DNA from: Acidimicrobiales bacterium
Lineage (GTDB): Bacteria; Actinomycetota; Acidimicrobiia; Acidimicrobiales; Aldehydirespiratoraceae
Length of the DNA: 64,000 nt
Assembly (NCBI GenBank): GCA_029263215.1
Contig: JAJCXY010000093.1
Location: forward strand, 2,159-66,158
Direction: 5' to 3'
Shown piece after piece: positions 27,893 through 36,699 of this stretch. Position 1 is the stretch's first letter. Every line of letters starts with the position of its first letter. Made by a program: the position numbers and the translations under genes. The notes under the pieces were generated by a model, which was not told the origin of the DNA, did no database searches, and saw nothing but the letters and a program-made list of their open reading frames with translations.

Positions 27893-29176
27893 TCAGCCGC
27901 TGGTGACGTAGACGACCTCGCCGCTGAGGGGAGCGTTGCCCGTCACCTCGAAGTAGGAGATGTGCGGCGCGCCGTCGTCACCGATCGCGAGGCTCACGAG
28001 CTGGCCGAGGGGCAAGCTGCCACCGGCGACGACCTGCTCGGACTGCCAGGCACCGTCACTCCCTCGACGGGCGAGCCACACGCCGCTCGTATCGGAGTAG
28101 GCCACCACGACGCCACCATCGGGATCGAGAGCGAGGGATGTGATGCGGCGTGCTCCTTCGAAGCCGGGCTGCACCGAGTCGAGGTTGGAGATCACCGCGG
28201 TCTCCCACGATCCGCTCGTGTTGGTGGCGTAGCTGACCTCGGCGCTGTCGGCATTCCAGTAGGTGATGTGGGCGGCGCCGTCGCCATCGAAAGCGAACGA
28301 TGAGAAACGCCCCACGTCGCCGTCGGCAGCCACCGTGTCCAGCGTCCAGGTGCCGCCCGGTGTCTTGCTGGCGAAGATCAGGTCGGCGCTGTCGGTCGCG
28401 AAGTAGGTCATGGCGACGGTGCCGTCGGCGGCAACCTGGAGGTCGACGTTCCACTCGTAGTCGGTGGGTCCGCTGCCGATCTCTTCCACCACCCACTCGC
28501 CGTTGACCAACTCGTAGTACTCAACTCCGGGATCGCGGTTGAACTGGGCCGGATCGATTCCTGCGGCGCGCACTATCCCATCGGCGCCGATCGCGATGGT
28601 GCTGTCCCACCCGTCGTGGCCTTCGCTTGCGGCTGCCTGGAGCTGCCAGCCTGCGCCGTTGCGTACAGCGTGGGTGAGGTCGCCGAGATCCTGACTGAAG
28701 CTCGATGCCTGATGGTCGTGGAAGGCAATGTTGGGCTGGTTGTCGAGATCGAAGGCAAGACCGATCGGACCATAGAAGTAGCCCTCGGTCAGCGGGTCGA
28801 CCGTCCAGCCGTCGGTAGCGCTGGCGTAGGCCACGAACCCCTCGGGGATGTCCTCGAACAGGAAGGCGATGGCAGGGTCGCCGTTGGTGTCGAGGGCCAG
28901 CGAGGGCTTCGTGCCTGCGCCGATAGGGGTAGCTGTCCACCCGTCGGCCACCGTCGACGTGAGTGTGGAGTCGCCGGGGTCAGGTGTCGGTTCGGTCTGT
29001 GCCGGCTCCGACTCGTCGGGCTCGGACTCGACCCCCTCGTCGGACGTGTCGTCGGCATCGCCGGAGTCCGACGGTTCGGCGACCGCAGCTGCCGACCCGG
29101 TGGTGCCGTCGTCATCGCTTCCGCACGCGGCTGCCAGCAGCACCACCGCGATTGCCAGGATCAAGAGTTTGCGCAT
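27893..29176 (-). CDS. lipoprotein with beta-propeller-like repeats
   Basis: MRKLLILAIAVVLLAAACGSDDDG carries the lipobox. The motif G-x-W-x(4)-hydrophobic recurs at least 6 times (DGWTVDPL, GAGWQLQA, NGEWVVEE, GGTWTLDT, SGSWETAV, DGAWQSEQ). Confidence 0.65.
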   Translation of the reverse strand: MRKLLILAIAVVLLAAACGSDDDGTTGSAAAVAEPSDSGDADDTSDEGVESEPDESEPAQTEPTPDPGDSTLTSTVADGWTATPIGAGTKPSLALDTNGDPAIAFLFEDIPEGFVAYASATDGWTVDPLTEGYFYGPIGLAFDLDNQPNIAFHDHQASSFSQDLGDLTHAVRNGAGWQLQAAASEGHDGWDSTIAIGADGIVRAAGIDPAQFNRDPGVEYYELVNGEWVVEEIGSGPTDYEWNVDLQVAADGTVAMTYFATDSADLIFASKTPGGTWTLDTVAADGDVGRFSSFAFDGDGAAHITYWNADSAEVSYATNTSGSWETAVISNLDSVQPGFEGARRITSLALDPDGGVVVAYSDTSGVWLARRGSDGAWQSEQVVAGGSLPLGQLVSLAIGDDGAPHISYFEVTGNAPLSGEVVYVTSG

Positions 29177-29234
29177 CCCGTGGGCAACCCGCAACGGCGA
29201 AACCGGATTCCGTACCACCGACCGAAGGTCTCTT

Positions 29235-29285
29235 TCCTGGCTTTTCTGAGCGCATACGCGCGCATACCGCGCGCCAGCGCTCAGA
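29235..29285. repeat. 51-nt palindromic intergenic element, copy 1
   Basis: The sequence is tcctggcttttctgagcgcatacgcgcgcataccgcgcgccagcgctcaga. It contains the inverted repeat tctgagcgc/gcgctcaga and inner GCGCGC arms. Confidence 0.9.
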
Positions 29286-29316
29286 AAACCCTAGAGGGCC
29301 GATTTGTCCTGCCTCC

Positions 29317-29367
29317 TCCTGGCTTTTCTGAGCGCATACGCGCGCACACCGCGCGCCAGCGCTCAGA
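29317..29367. repeat. 51-nt palindromic intergenic element, copy 2
   Basis: It is identical to copy 1 except for one position (50/51). It lies 82 nt to the right, about 100 nt upstream of the PFOR-type gene. Confidence 0.9.
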
Positions 29368-29467
29368 GATCCTGGTGGTTCGGGTTCGGACCGCCGTTGT
29401 CTGCGGACGGGGAGTATGTTGGCTGGGTCGAGGTGTTTGAAGAGGAGAACGTGCGACTGAAGGAGCT

Positions 29468-32400
29468 GTGTTGACCGTCAAGCCCCCATTTCCGGGTACC
29501 CGTATCACCACCAACGGGAACCAGTTGGTGTCGTACCACACCGAGGCGAGGATCACTCAGGGCGGCGTCTTCTATCCGATCACGCCATCCACCGAGATGG
29601 GGGAGAACTACCAGTTGGCCTTCGCCGAGGGCGCGCTGGATGTCTACGGCAACAAAAAGGTGGCGATCGAGACCGAGGGTGAGCACTCGGCGCAGGGCGG
29701 CGCGATAGCGCTGTCGATGACGGGCCGACGGGTGGTCAACTTCACGTCGGGGCAGGGCCTGGTTTATGGCCTCGAGCAGTATTACCATGCTCCCGGCAAG
29801 CTCTCGACGCTGGTGGTGGAGGTGGCCGCTCGGGCTCTGACCAAGCATGCGCTCAACGTGCATTGTGGTCACGACGACATCTATGCGGCTCTCGACACGG
29901 GTTGGATGATGCTGTTCGCGAAGGACGCCCAGCAGGCGGCTGATCAGTCCTTGATCGCGCGTCGGGTCGCGGAGCTCTCACTCAACCCGGCCATGAACAT
30001 CCAGGACGGGTTTCTCACCTCTCATTTGGAGCGCACCTTCTACCGTCACGAATCCGAACTGATGCGTCAGTTCCTCGGTGCGCACGACGACACCATTGAC
30101 TGTCCCACGCCCGCCCAGTGCGAGCTGTTCGGCCCAACTCGTCGTCGGGTGCCTCGGATGATCGATCTGAAGAACCCGATGTTGTTGGGTCCGGTGCAGA
30201 ACCAAGAGCACTACATGAACGGCGTCATCGCTCGCCGTAGCAACTTCGCCGATCATGTCGCCGGGTTCCTCGATGAGGCCTACGAGGAGTTCGCCCGGCT
30301 CACCGGCCGGCGTTACGGCATGATCAGCGAGTATTCGTGCGACGATGCCGACACCGTCTTCGTGTCGCTCGGATCGGCCGCGGAGAATGTGGAAGCCGCA
30401 GTCGACTATCTCCGTGGGAACGACGATGCGAAGGTCGGCTCGATCCACGTCAACGTGTTGCGCCCCTTCCCCGAGGCTGCGCTGGTGGAGGCGTTGCGGG
30501 GCAAGAAGCGGGTCATTGTGTTGGAGCGCACCGACGATCCGTTGTCGGGCGACAATCCGCTAGGGCGCGAGATCAGGGCGTCGATCAACAAGGGAGTCGA
30601 AGTAGGGCGCGAGCACCCCGACGGCGATGTTCCCGTTCTCGACCCCAGCGAAGTGCCGGTGCAGTTTGCGGGTACCTATGGCCTGGGCTCGCGCGACTTC
30701 CGACCTGAGCACGCAATCGGTGCCTACGAGTTCGCGGTCGGCCAGACAAAGCGTCTTGACGGACGTGGCCCCCACGACGGCGTACGCAACTTCGTGCTGG
30801 GCATCGATCATCCCCATGCCGTGATCTCCGAGCGCACGCCATCGCTACTTCCCGAAGGGGCGATCGCGGTTCGGTTCCACTCGATCGGTGGCTGGGGAAT
30901 GATCACCACGGGCAAGAACCTGAGCGAGATCATCGGCGAGATCGGTGAGGAGGTCGCCCACCGCCATGAGGAATACGACGAGTTCGGCCGACCCGCTGAA
31001 GTTGTGCACGTGTCTGCCAATCCGAAGTACGGCTCGGAGAAGAAGGGTGCGCCCACCCAGTACTTCCTGGTGGCGGCTCCCGAACGGATCCGGGTCAATT
31101 GCGACCTGCGCCATGTCGACGTGGTGTTGTGCTGCGACCCCAAGGCGTTCACCCACACCAATCCGCTTGAAGGCATCAGTCATGGCGGCACCTTCATCAT
31201 CGAGTCCGATGAGGATCCCGAGACGGTGTGGCAGCGCATCCCCGTGTATGCCCGCCATCAGATAATCGACAACGAGATCCACGTCTACTCACTGGCGGGA
31301 TTCGATATCGCCAAAGCGGCCACCTCGCGAGAAGATCTCCAGTTGAGAATGCAGGGCAACGCCTTCCTCGGCGCCTTCTTCGCAGTGTCGGGGATACTTG
31401 AGGAGTACGGGGTCAGTAACGAACAGTTCCACGAGTTGGTGCGAGCCCAGTACGTCAAGAAGTTCGGCCGGTTCGGCGACGCGGTCGTCGAGTCCAACAT
31501 GGTGGTGATGACCGAGGGCCTCGACCGTGTCACGGCAATCCCCCACGGCCCGATCGATGCCGCCGATCGGTCCACCATGCGCAAGCCTTCGCTCGAGGCC
31601 TGCGATGTGTGCGGACCCCTGCCGTCAGACGTGGTCGCGGTGGAGCAGCCGGTGCGCATGCCGCTCGCCCGCACCGCCACCTTCGACGCCGAATTCCGGG
31701 CCGGCCTCGGATACGACCAGCCGTCCTCGGCCTTGTCGTCGGTGGGCATGATGCCGGCCGCCACCGGCGCGACCGCGAGCAAGTACGGGTCGCGTCGTCA
31801 AACGCCGGTGTGGATCGAGGAGAACTGCACCCAGTGCCTCGACTGCATCACGGCGTGCCCCGACACGGCGTTGCCCAACACAGCCCAAGACATCGACACC
31901 ATCCTCAAGACTGCCGCTAACGCCTACATCACCGATCTCGACGACCGGCGGGCGGTGATCGCGGCCGTCCCCGCGCTCGAGACCACAGTGCGGGCCCAGA
32001 TGAACACCGCTATCGCCGACAAGGAACTCAAGCCCTTCGTCGATCTGCTCACCCAGGCGGTGGCTGATACCCCCGAGATCGGCGAACGGGCGCGGGATCA
32101 GTTCCTGGCCTTGTTCAAGCGTGTGCCATTCGCCTACTTCAAGACGGCGCCGATCTTCCGTTCGATGGAGCGAAAGGAGGCGGGCAGCGGTGGCCTGTTC
32201 TCGATCATGGTGTCCGACCTCTGCAAGGGATGTGGAGAGTGCGTGGTCGAGTGCGGCGAGCACCAGGCGCTCTACATGGCCGACGAGACCTCTGATCTCA
32301 ACGCCGACCACGTGAGCGGCACCAACTTCTTGCAGATGCTGGCCGACACCCCCACCAAGTACCTCGGGCGATTCGATCCGAAGCACCCCGAGGAGTCACA

Positions 32401-34132
32401 CGTCGCTCAGCTGAAGAACCACCTGATGCTGAGGAGCCAATACGAGGCGCTGGTCAGTGGCGACGGTGCCTGCGCGGGCTGTGGCGAGAAGACTGTGCTT
32501 CACGCCCTCGCGACCCTCACCGAGTCGTACATGCGGCCCCTCTTCCACTCCAAGGCTGAACGACTCGCCGCCAAGGCCGAGATCTTGATGGCCGAGGGGG
32601 AAGCCCGACTGGCCGACCTGGCCGACAAAAGGCCGGAGGAGCATGCCCTGTTCTGCCGGTCCGTGGCTCACATGCTGATGGGTCTCGGTGGCGACACCCC
32701 CGAAGACACCGAAGCCCGCTTCGTGGCCCACGGAAAGATCACCGACGCCGAGATCGTCGATGCCATCGGTCAGGTGATGAGGCGTGATGCGTTCAACCAC
32801 CGCGATCTTCAGGCTGTCGACGGCATGACCGCAAACGGCATGTCGGTGATGGCGATGGGGGCCCACACGGGTTGCAACACCGTCTACGGGTCGACGCCGG
32901 TCAACAACCCTCACCCGTATCCATGGATGAACTCGTTGTTCCAGGACGGGGCCACTGTCTCTTGGCTGCTCGGAGAGGGTTTCATCCTCACCCACGCCCG
33001 TCGTTCGGTGATCCCGGAGCGTCTGTGCGATCACCTCCTCGACGATGAGGCGGCGATGACCACCGATGAGTACGACAACCTGGTGCATCTCACCGACTCA
33101 GAGATGACCGCGCTGGAGATCCGCGAGTTGCCCAAGGTGTGGGCCATCGGTGGCGACGGCGGGATGGGCGACATCGGATTCCAGAACGTGTCGAAGGTGG
33201 TGCTTCAGAACCGGCCCAACGTCAACATGTTGATGCTCGACACCCAGGTGTATTCCAACACCGGTGGGCAGAACTCCGACTCCACGCCGATGCCCGGCGG
33301 CGGCGACATGAACCAGTTCGGTCATTCTTCGCAGGGGAAGCTCACCGAGAAGAAGGGTGTGGCAGAGACCTTCCTCGGTGGACACGGATCGCCGTTCGTG
33401 GCCCAGGTGTCGGCAGCCAACACCGCCCAGTTCTACAAGGCGATCCTCAACGGGCTCGAGTATCGGGGCACGTCGTTTTTCCAGTGCTTCACCACATGTC
33501 AGCCCGAACACGGGGTGGCCGACGACATGTCGACCCAGCAGGCGATCCGCATCCGCGACTCCCGCGGGATGCCCCAATTTGTGTTCGCTCCTTCGAAGGG
33601 TGAGTCCTATGAGGACTCTCTCGATTTGGCCGGCAACCCGAGCGTCACCCGCGACTGGTATCAGAAGACGTCCAAGACCAGCGGCCGGCATTATCAATAC
33701 ATGGCGCCGCACTGGGCAGTCACCGAGGTCCGCTTCCGGCGCCATTGGAAGCCGACCGACTCCACCGACGGATTGATCGACCTCCACGACATGCTCACCA
33801 TGGTCACCCAGAACGACGTGGTCGAGCGCTGTGTATTCGACACCAGCCATCGCTCGTTCATTCCCGACTGGGGGGTGTACGCCGAGATCGAAAACGATTC
33901 CGGAGAGGTGAGCACGATCGCGTTGTCGCGCCAGATGGTGCTGTTCTGTGTGGAACGGCGCCGTAGCTGGCGCATGCTCCAGAGCCGGGCCGGTGTCACC
34001 AATCTCGACTATGTCGCCCAGAAGACCGTGCTGGCGGCCTTCGCTGCGGGCGAGCAGGGCGACGAGGATCGAGCCGTATTCGCGGCTGCGATTCGCGATC
34101 GCGAACTCGAGACACTGCTGGCCGACGCCTAG
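29468..34132 (+). CDS. pyruvate:ferredoxin (flavodoxin) oxidoreductase-type 2-oxoacid oxidoreductase, unusually long (1554 aa)
   Basis: - The N-terminal domain is GNQLVSYHTEARITQGGVFYPITPSTEMGE...EGEHSAQGGAIA.
- The two 4Fe-4S motifs are CTQCLDCITACP and CKGCGECVVECG.
- GDGACAGCGEKT follows.
- The TPP motif is GGDGGMGDIGFQN...DTQVYSNTGGQ.
- The start is GTG with a GAAGGAG RBS. Confidence 0.9.
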   Translation: MLTVKPPFPGTRITTNGNQLVSYHTEARITQGGVFYPITPSTEMGENYQLAFAEGALDVYGNKKVAIETEGEHSAQGGAIALSMTGRRVVNFTSGQGLVYGLEQYYHAPGKLSTLVVEVAARALTKHALNVHCGHDDIYAALDTGWMMLFAKDAQQAADQSLIARRVAELSLNPAMNIQDGFLTSHLERTFYRHESELMRQFLGAHDDTIDCPTPAQCELFGPTRRRVPRMIDLKNPMLLGPVQNQEHYMNGVIARRSNFADHVAGFLDEAYEEFARLTGRRYGMISEYSCDDADTVFVSLGSAAENVEAAVDYLRGNDDAKVGSIHVNVLRPFPEAALVEALRGKKRVIVLERTDDPLSGDNPLGREIRASINKGVEVGREHPDGDVPVLDPSEVPVQFAGTYGLGSRDFRPEHAIGAYEFAVGQTKRLDGRGPHDGVRNFVLGIDHPHAVISERTPSLLPEGAIAVRFHSIGGWGMITTGKNLSEIIGEIGEEVAHRHEEYDEFGRPAEVVHVSANPKYGSEKKGAPTQYFLVAAPERIRVNCDLRHVDVVLCCDPKAFTHTNPLEGISHGGTFIIESDEDPETVWQRIPVYARHQIIDNEIHVYSLAGFDIAKAATSREDLQLRMQGNAFLGAFFAVSGILEEYGVSNEQFHELVRAQYVKKFGRFGDAVVESNMVVMTEGLDRVTAIPHGPIDAADRSTMRKPSLEACDVCGPLPSDVVAVEQPVRMPLARTATFDAEFRAGLGYDQPSSALSSVGMMPAATGATASKYGSRRQTPVWIEENCTQCLDCITACPDTALPNTAQDIDTILKTAANAYITDLDDRRAVIAAVPALETTVRAQMNTAIADKELKPFVDLLTQAVADTPEIGERARDQFLALFKRVPFAYFKTAPIFRSMERKEAGSGGLFSIMVSDLCKGCGECVVECGEHQALYMADETSDLNADHVSGTNFLQMLADTPTKYLGRFDPKHPEESHVAQLKNHLMLRSQYEALVSGDGACAGCGEKTVLHALATLTESYMRPLFHSKAERLAAKAEILMAEGEARLADLADKRPEEHALFCRSVAHMLMGLGGDTPEDTEARFVAHGKITDAEIVDAIGQVMRRDAFNHRDLQAVDGMTANGMSVMAMGAHTGCNTVYGSTPVNNPHPYPWMNSLFQDGATVSWLLGEGFILTHARRSVIPERLCDHLLDDEAAMTTDEYDNLVHLTDSEMTALEIRELPKVWAIGGDGGMGDIGFQNVSKVVLQNRPNVNMLMLDTQVYSNTGGQNSDSTPMPGGGDMNQFGHSSQGKLTEKKGVAETFLGGHGSPFVAQVSAANTAQFYKAILNGLEYRGTSFFQCFTTCQPEHGVADDMSTQQAIRIRDSRGMPQFVFAPSKGESYEDSLDLAGNPSVTRDWYQKTSKTSGRHYQYMAPHWAVTEVRFRRHWKPTDSTDGLIDLHDMLTMVTQNDVVERCVFDTSHRSFIPDWGVYAEIENDSGEVSTIALSRQMVLFCVERRRSWRMLQSRAGVTNLDYVAQKTVLAAFAAGEQGDEDRAVFAAAIRDRELETLLADA

Positions 34133-34133
34133 T

Positions 34134-34400
34134 TCAGAGCCTCCGACGCAGCCTCGGGACCGGCGGTTTGGTGGGGTCGTTGGCGGCGGCGCGTTCGTAT
34201 TGCTCGTAGACGGCGCCGACCACGATGGCGGTGATGCCGGGCGACAGGGCCTGGGCGGCACCCATCATTTCGTGGGCACGGGCTTGGCGATTCTCAGGGG
34301 CCGGCCACGTTGGCCAGAGCGCCGATCACGATCAGGCTTCGGGCTCAGCTCCGGCCGCGAGTGCAGCTGACAGCGTGCCGAACACCCATGTGGGGGAGAT
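34134..34400 (-). pseudogene. eroded 3' remnant of an MFS transporter gene
   Basis: The minus strand reads ..PENRQARAHEMMGAAQALSPGITAIVVGAVYEQ..*. This parallels PEERQAGAQGLMGAAQALTAGITAIVVGGLYD of the intact MFS at 40829..42022. Upstream the homology continues only by switching frames across stop codons (LIVIGALANVAGP*, GTLSAALAAGAEPEA*). Confidence 0.45.
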
Positions 34401-34467
34401 GCGCGGCGTATGGGGAGCGTACGGAGCGAGGGGGACTCTTCAAGGATAAGTCGGCTCGGACCCAGAG

Positions 34468-34878
34468 TCAGGCGAGAACGGTGACCACGACGCCGGTAAC
34501 CCCGACGAACAGCAGCATCGCGGTGAACACGATCACCCTGATCGCCTCGGTGAGACGGATAGCCAGGCGCCCCTCGAGGCCGACCATCTCGTGATGCAGT
34601 CCTTCACTGAGTACCCGGAACTGATCATTGGAGACAGCGAACTGGCTGTCGACCTTCTCGAACTGGTGAGTAATCCCGTCGAAGCGTTGGTCCATCTTGT
34701 CGAGGCGCTCATCGACGTTGTCGAAGCGGCCGTCGAGTCGGGCGATGTCGTCCTTGGTGGCGAGATCGGTCCACGGCACGGGAGGCATGGACTCCATGAT
34801 GGCATCCGCGAGGTCTTCATCCATCAGTTCGGTGAATCGTTGGCGGAGTCGGTGGCGGGTGGTTTCGTCGGCGGGCAT
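34468..34878 (-). CDS. tail-anchored coiled-coil protein, paralog P1 (DUF1640/CCDC90-like)
   Basis: The N-terminal box is LMDEDLADAIMESMPPVPWTDLATKDDIARLDGR. A heptad-rich middle follows, then a C-terminal TM helix (VIVFTAMLLFVGVTGVVVTVLA). Four further copies lie in the window. Confidence 0.7.
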   Translation of the reverse strand: MPADETTRHRLRQRFTELMDEDLADAIMESMPPVPWTDLATKDDIARLDGRFDNVDERLDKMDQRFDGITHQFEKVDSQFAVSNDQFRVLSEGLHHEMVGLEGRLAIRLTEAIRVIVFTAMLLFVGVTGVVVTVLA

Positions 34879-34964
34879 AGTTCCCTTCCAGGTTGGATTG
34901 CTGCAAGGGGAAGTAAGCGCCGACTCTACGAAGGGGTTGTGACGCTCTGCGATACGTTCCTGGC

Positions 34965-35462
34965 ATGGCTCTCGATGACGAACTCACCAACCGTGTCTGT
35001 TGGAAGATCCCGAATGCTTTGGCCCTCGTAGGGTCCAAAGCCGGCGACGAACGCAACGCGATGACCACCAGTTGGATCAGCCAACTCTCGATGGAGCCCG
35101 TGCTGATCGGGGTGGGGGTCGACAAGACAGCGGTGACTCATCGCCTCATTGCCGATGGCGGCTGCTTCACGATCAACCTCTGGGACAGTGACGACACGAG
35201 GGTGTTCGTGAAGTTCTCGAAACCGGCCACCGATGACGACGGCATGCTCAACGGCCGGGCGGTTCGTCCCGCCACAACCGGTGCTCCCGTGTTCGAAGAG
35301 GCGATAGCGTGGCTGGACTGTGAGCTTCGCCAGGCGGTGGATCTGGGAGCTCACACACTCTTCGTAGGCGAACTCGTCGACGCCGCGATAAACGACGATG
35401 AGAAGCGGTCGGCGGCGATGAGCGACACCCGAATGAAGTACGGAGGAGTGAAGCGGCACTGA
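34965..35462 (+). CDS. flavin reductase family protein (FMN-binding split barrel)
   Basis: ALALVGSKAGDERNAMTTSWISQLSMEPVLIGVGVDKTAVTHRLI...GAHTLFVGELV matches the flavin reductase-like domain pattern. Confidence 0.8.
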   Translation: MALDDELTNRVCWKIPNALALVGSKAGDERNAMTTSWISQLSMEPVLIGVGVDKTAVTHRLIADGGCFTINLWDSDDTRVFVKFSKPATDDDGMLNGRAVRPATTGAPVFEEAIAWLDCELRQAVDLGAHTLFVGELVDAAINDDEKRSAAMSDTRMKYGGVKRH

Positions 35463-35467
35463 CCGGC

Positions 35468-36682
35468 TTACTTCTCGATGCCGTCACCCCCGCGTTCGGG
35501 AGGGGCGAGCGCGGGCGTGAAGATCACCTCATCCCAGACTCCGAAGGTTGTGGCGTCGTGGTAGCTGCGGAGGGCGCGGCCGGTGGGCGGAACGGACATC
35601 GCAGAAGCGAGCGCCCCGTCGTAGTCACCACGTCGGGAGTCGACCAGAAAGTCGCCAAGCATGGGCGTCGGCACCGAGACGTGCGCTGGGCGATCACCGT
35701 TCATCGCGCTGAACACCGTGAAATCCCACGTCGTCACCGAGGCACTGAGTTTGAACCGAGGTGTTTCGATATCGACCATGGCGCGGCCGAGTGGGGTCGA
35801 CTCGGGCGACTGGGCGCCGAGTGGGGGGTGAGTATCGAGGCCTGATTCCAAGGGTAGATCGGCCCGCCCCGCGGTGATGGCATCGGCGGCGGCCAGGTCG
35901 GCCGGCGCCACGGAGTCGGCAATAGCGGCCCGGGCCGACGCCCACGCTGCCTCGAGGCATTCCTGGGCGGTGAACCGACCGAAGATCTCCCGGCGGAAGA
36001 TCGATGCGCGGCCAGTCTCGTAGAGGTCGAAACCGAAGGCATCGCGGGCCACGAACCAGCCGTACCGGTCGACGGCGCGCACGACCTCCACCCGGATCGG
36101 TGGAGGGAGTTTGGCCTTGGCCCAGAACGAGGCGGCCGCTCGTTCGCACACGATCGCTCCGCCGGCAGCGAGGGCCATTGCGGCCGAGAGTTGTGTTCCG
36201 GTCACGAACTCTCCACCGAATTCGAGGCGGCGGTGGCGGGGCCGGACGAGGAGGCCGGGCGATGTGTCGGCATCGATGAGAAGCATGAGAGCTGGGGCAA
36301 ACGTCCGACTGAACATGCCGGCGGCTCTGGGCGCGAGTTCGTTATCGAGCGACACTGAGATGTGAGTTGACCCACCCTCGAGCGTCAGCTCGTCGGCTAG
36401 GAGTTTCGCGAGTTCCTGCCCTCCATGACCGGTCCACTTCGCTGTCTGCTGCGCGATTCCGGGCGAGAGTTCAATCGGTGGTGTGGCAATTTCGGCCTCA
36501 GCTCCGTCGCAGGTGATCTTCAATCCTGAACGGGTGCGGTATGCCTCTGTATCACCGGGATCGAGGCGCTTGCCCATGATCGGCAGCTCATGGATCAGGG
36601 TGCGGAAATCGATCTGGGAGTGGTCGTGGCGCAGCACGCGGTATTCGTGCTCGACACCTATGAACCTCTGGAGCGGTGGCAC
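35468..36682 (-). CDS. GCS2 / glutamine-synthetase-fold carboxylate-amine ligase-like protein (amidoligase-like)
   Basis: A GTG at 36682 gives (M)PPLQRFIGVEHEYRVL...EAEIATPPIE...LEGGSTHISVS. The order GVExE / E-x-E-I-x-T-P / G-x-H-x-x-V is as in GCS2-type ligases. The listed ORF start at 36964 would overlap the upstream gene. Confidence 0.5.
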   Translation of the reverse strand: MPPLQRFIGVEHEYRVLRHDHSQIDFRTLIHELPIMGKRLDPGDTEAYRTRSGLKITCDGAEAEIATPPIELSPGIAQQTAKWTGHGGQELAKLLADELTLEGGSTHISVSLDNELAPRAAGMFSRTFAPALMLLIDADTSPGLLVRPRHRRLEFGGEFVTGTQLSAAMALAAGGAIVCERAAASFWAKAKLPPPIRVEVVRAVDRYGWFVARDAFGFDLYETGRASIFRREIFGRFTAQECLEAAWASARAAIADSVAPADLAAADAITAGRADLPLESGLDTHPPLGAQSPESTPLGRAMVDIETPRFKLSASVTTWDFTVFSAMNGDRPAHVSVPTPMLGDFLVDSRRGDYDGALASAMSVPPTGRALRSYHDATTFGVWDEVIFTPALAPPERGGDGIEK

Positions 36683-36699
36683 CGGGCCGCGTGCTTGGT

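Noticed and set aside
29235-29367. Whether the two 51-nt repeats are a CRISPR array
   Set aside because: There are only two copies and the repeats are strongly palindromic. The single 31-nt spacer has no array context, and no cas genes are present in the window.
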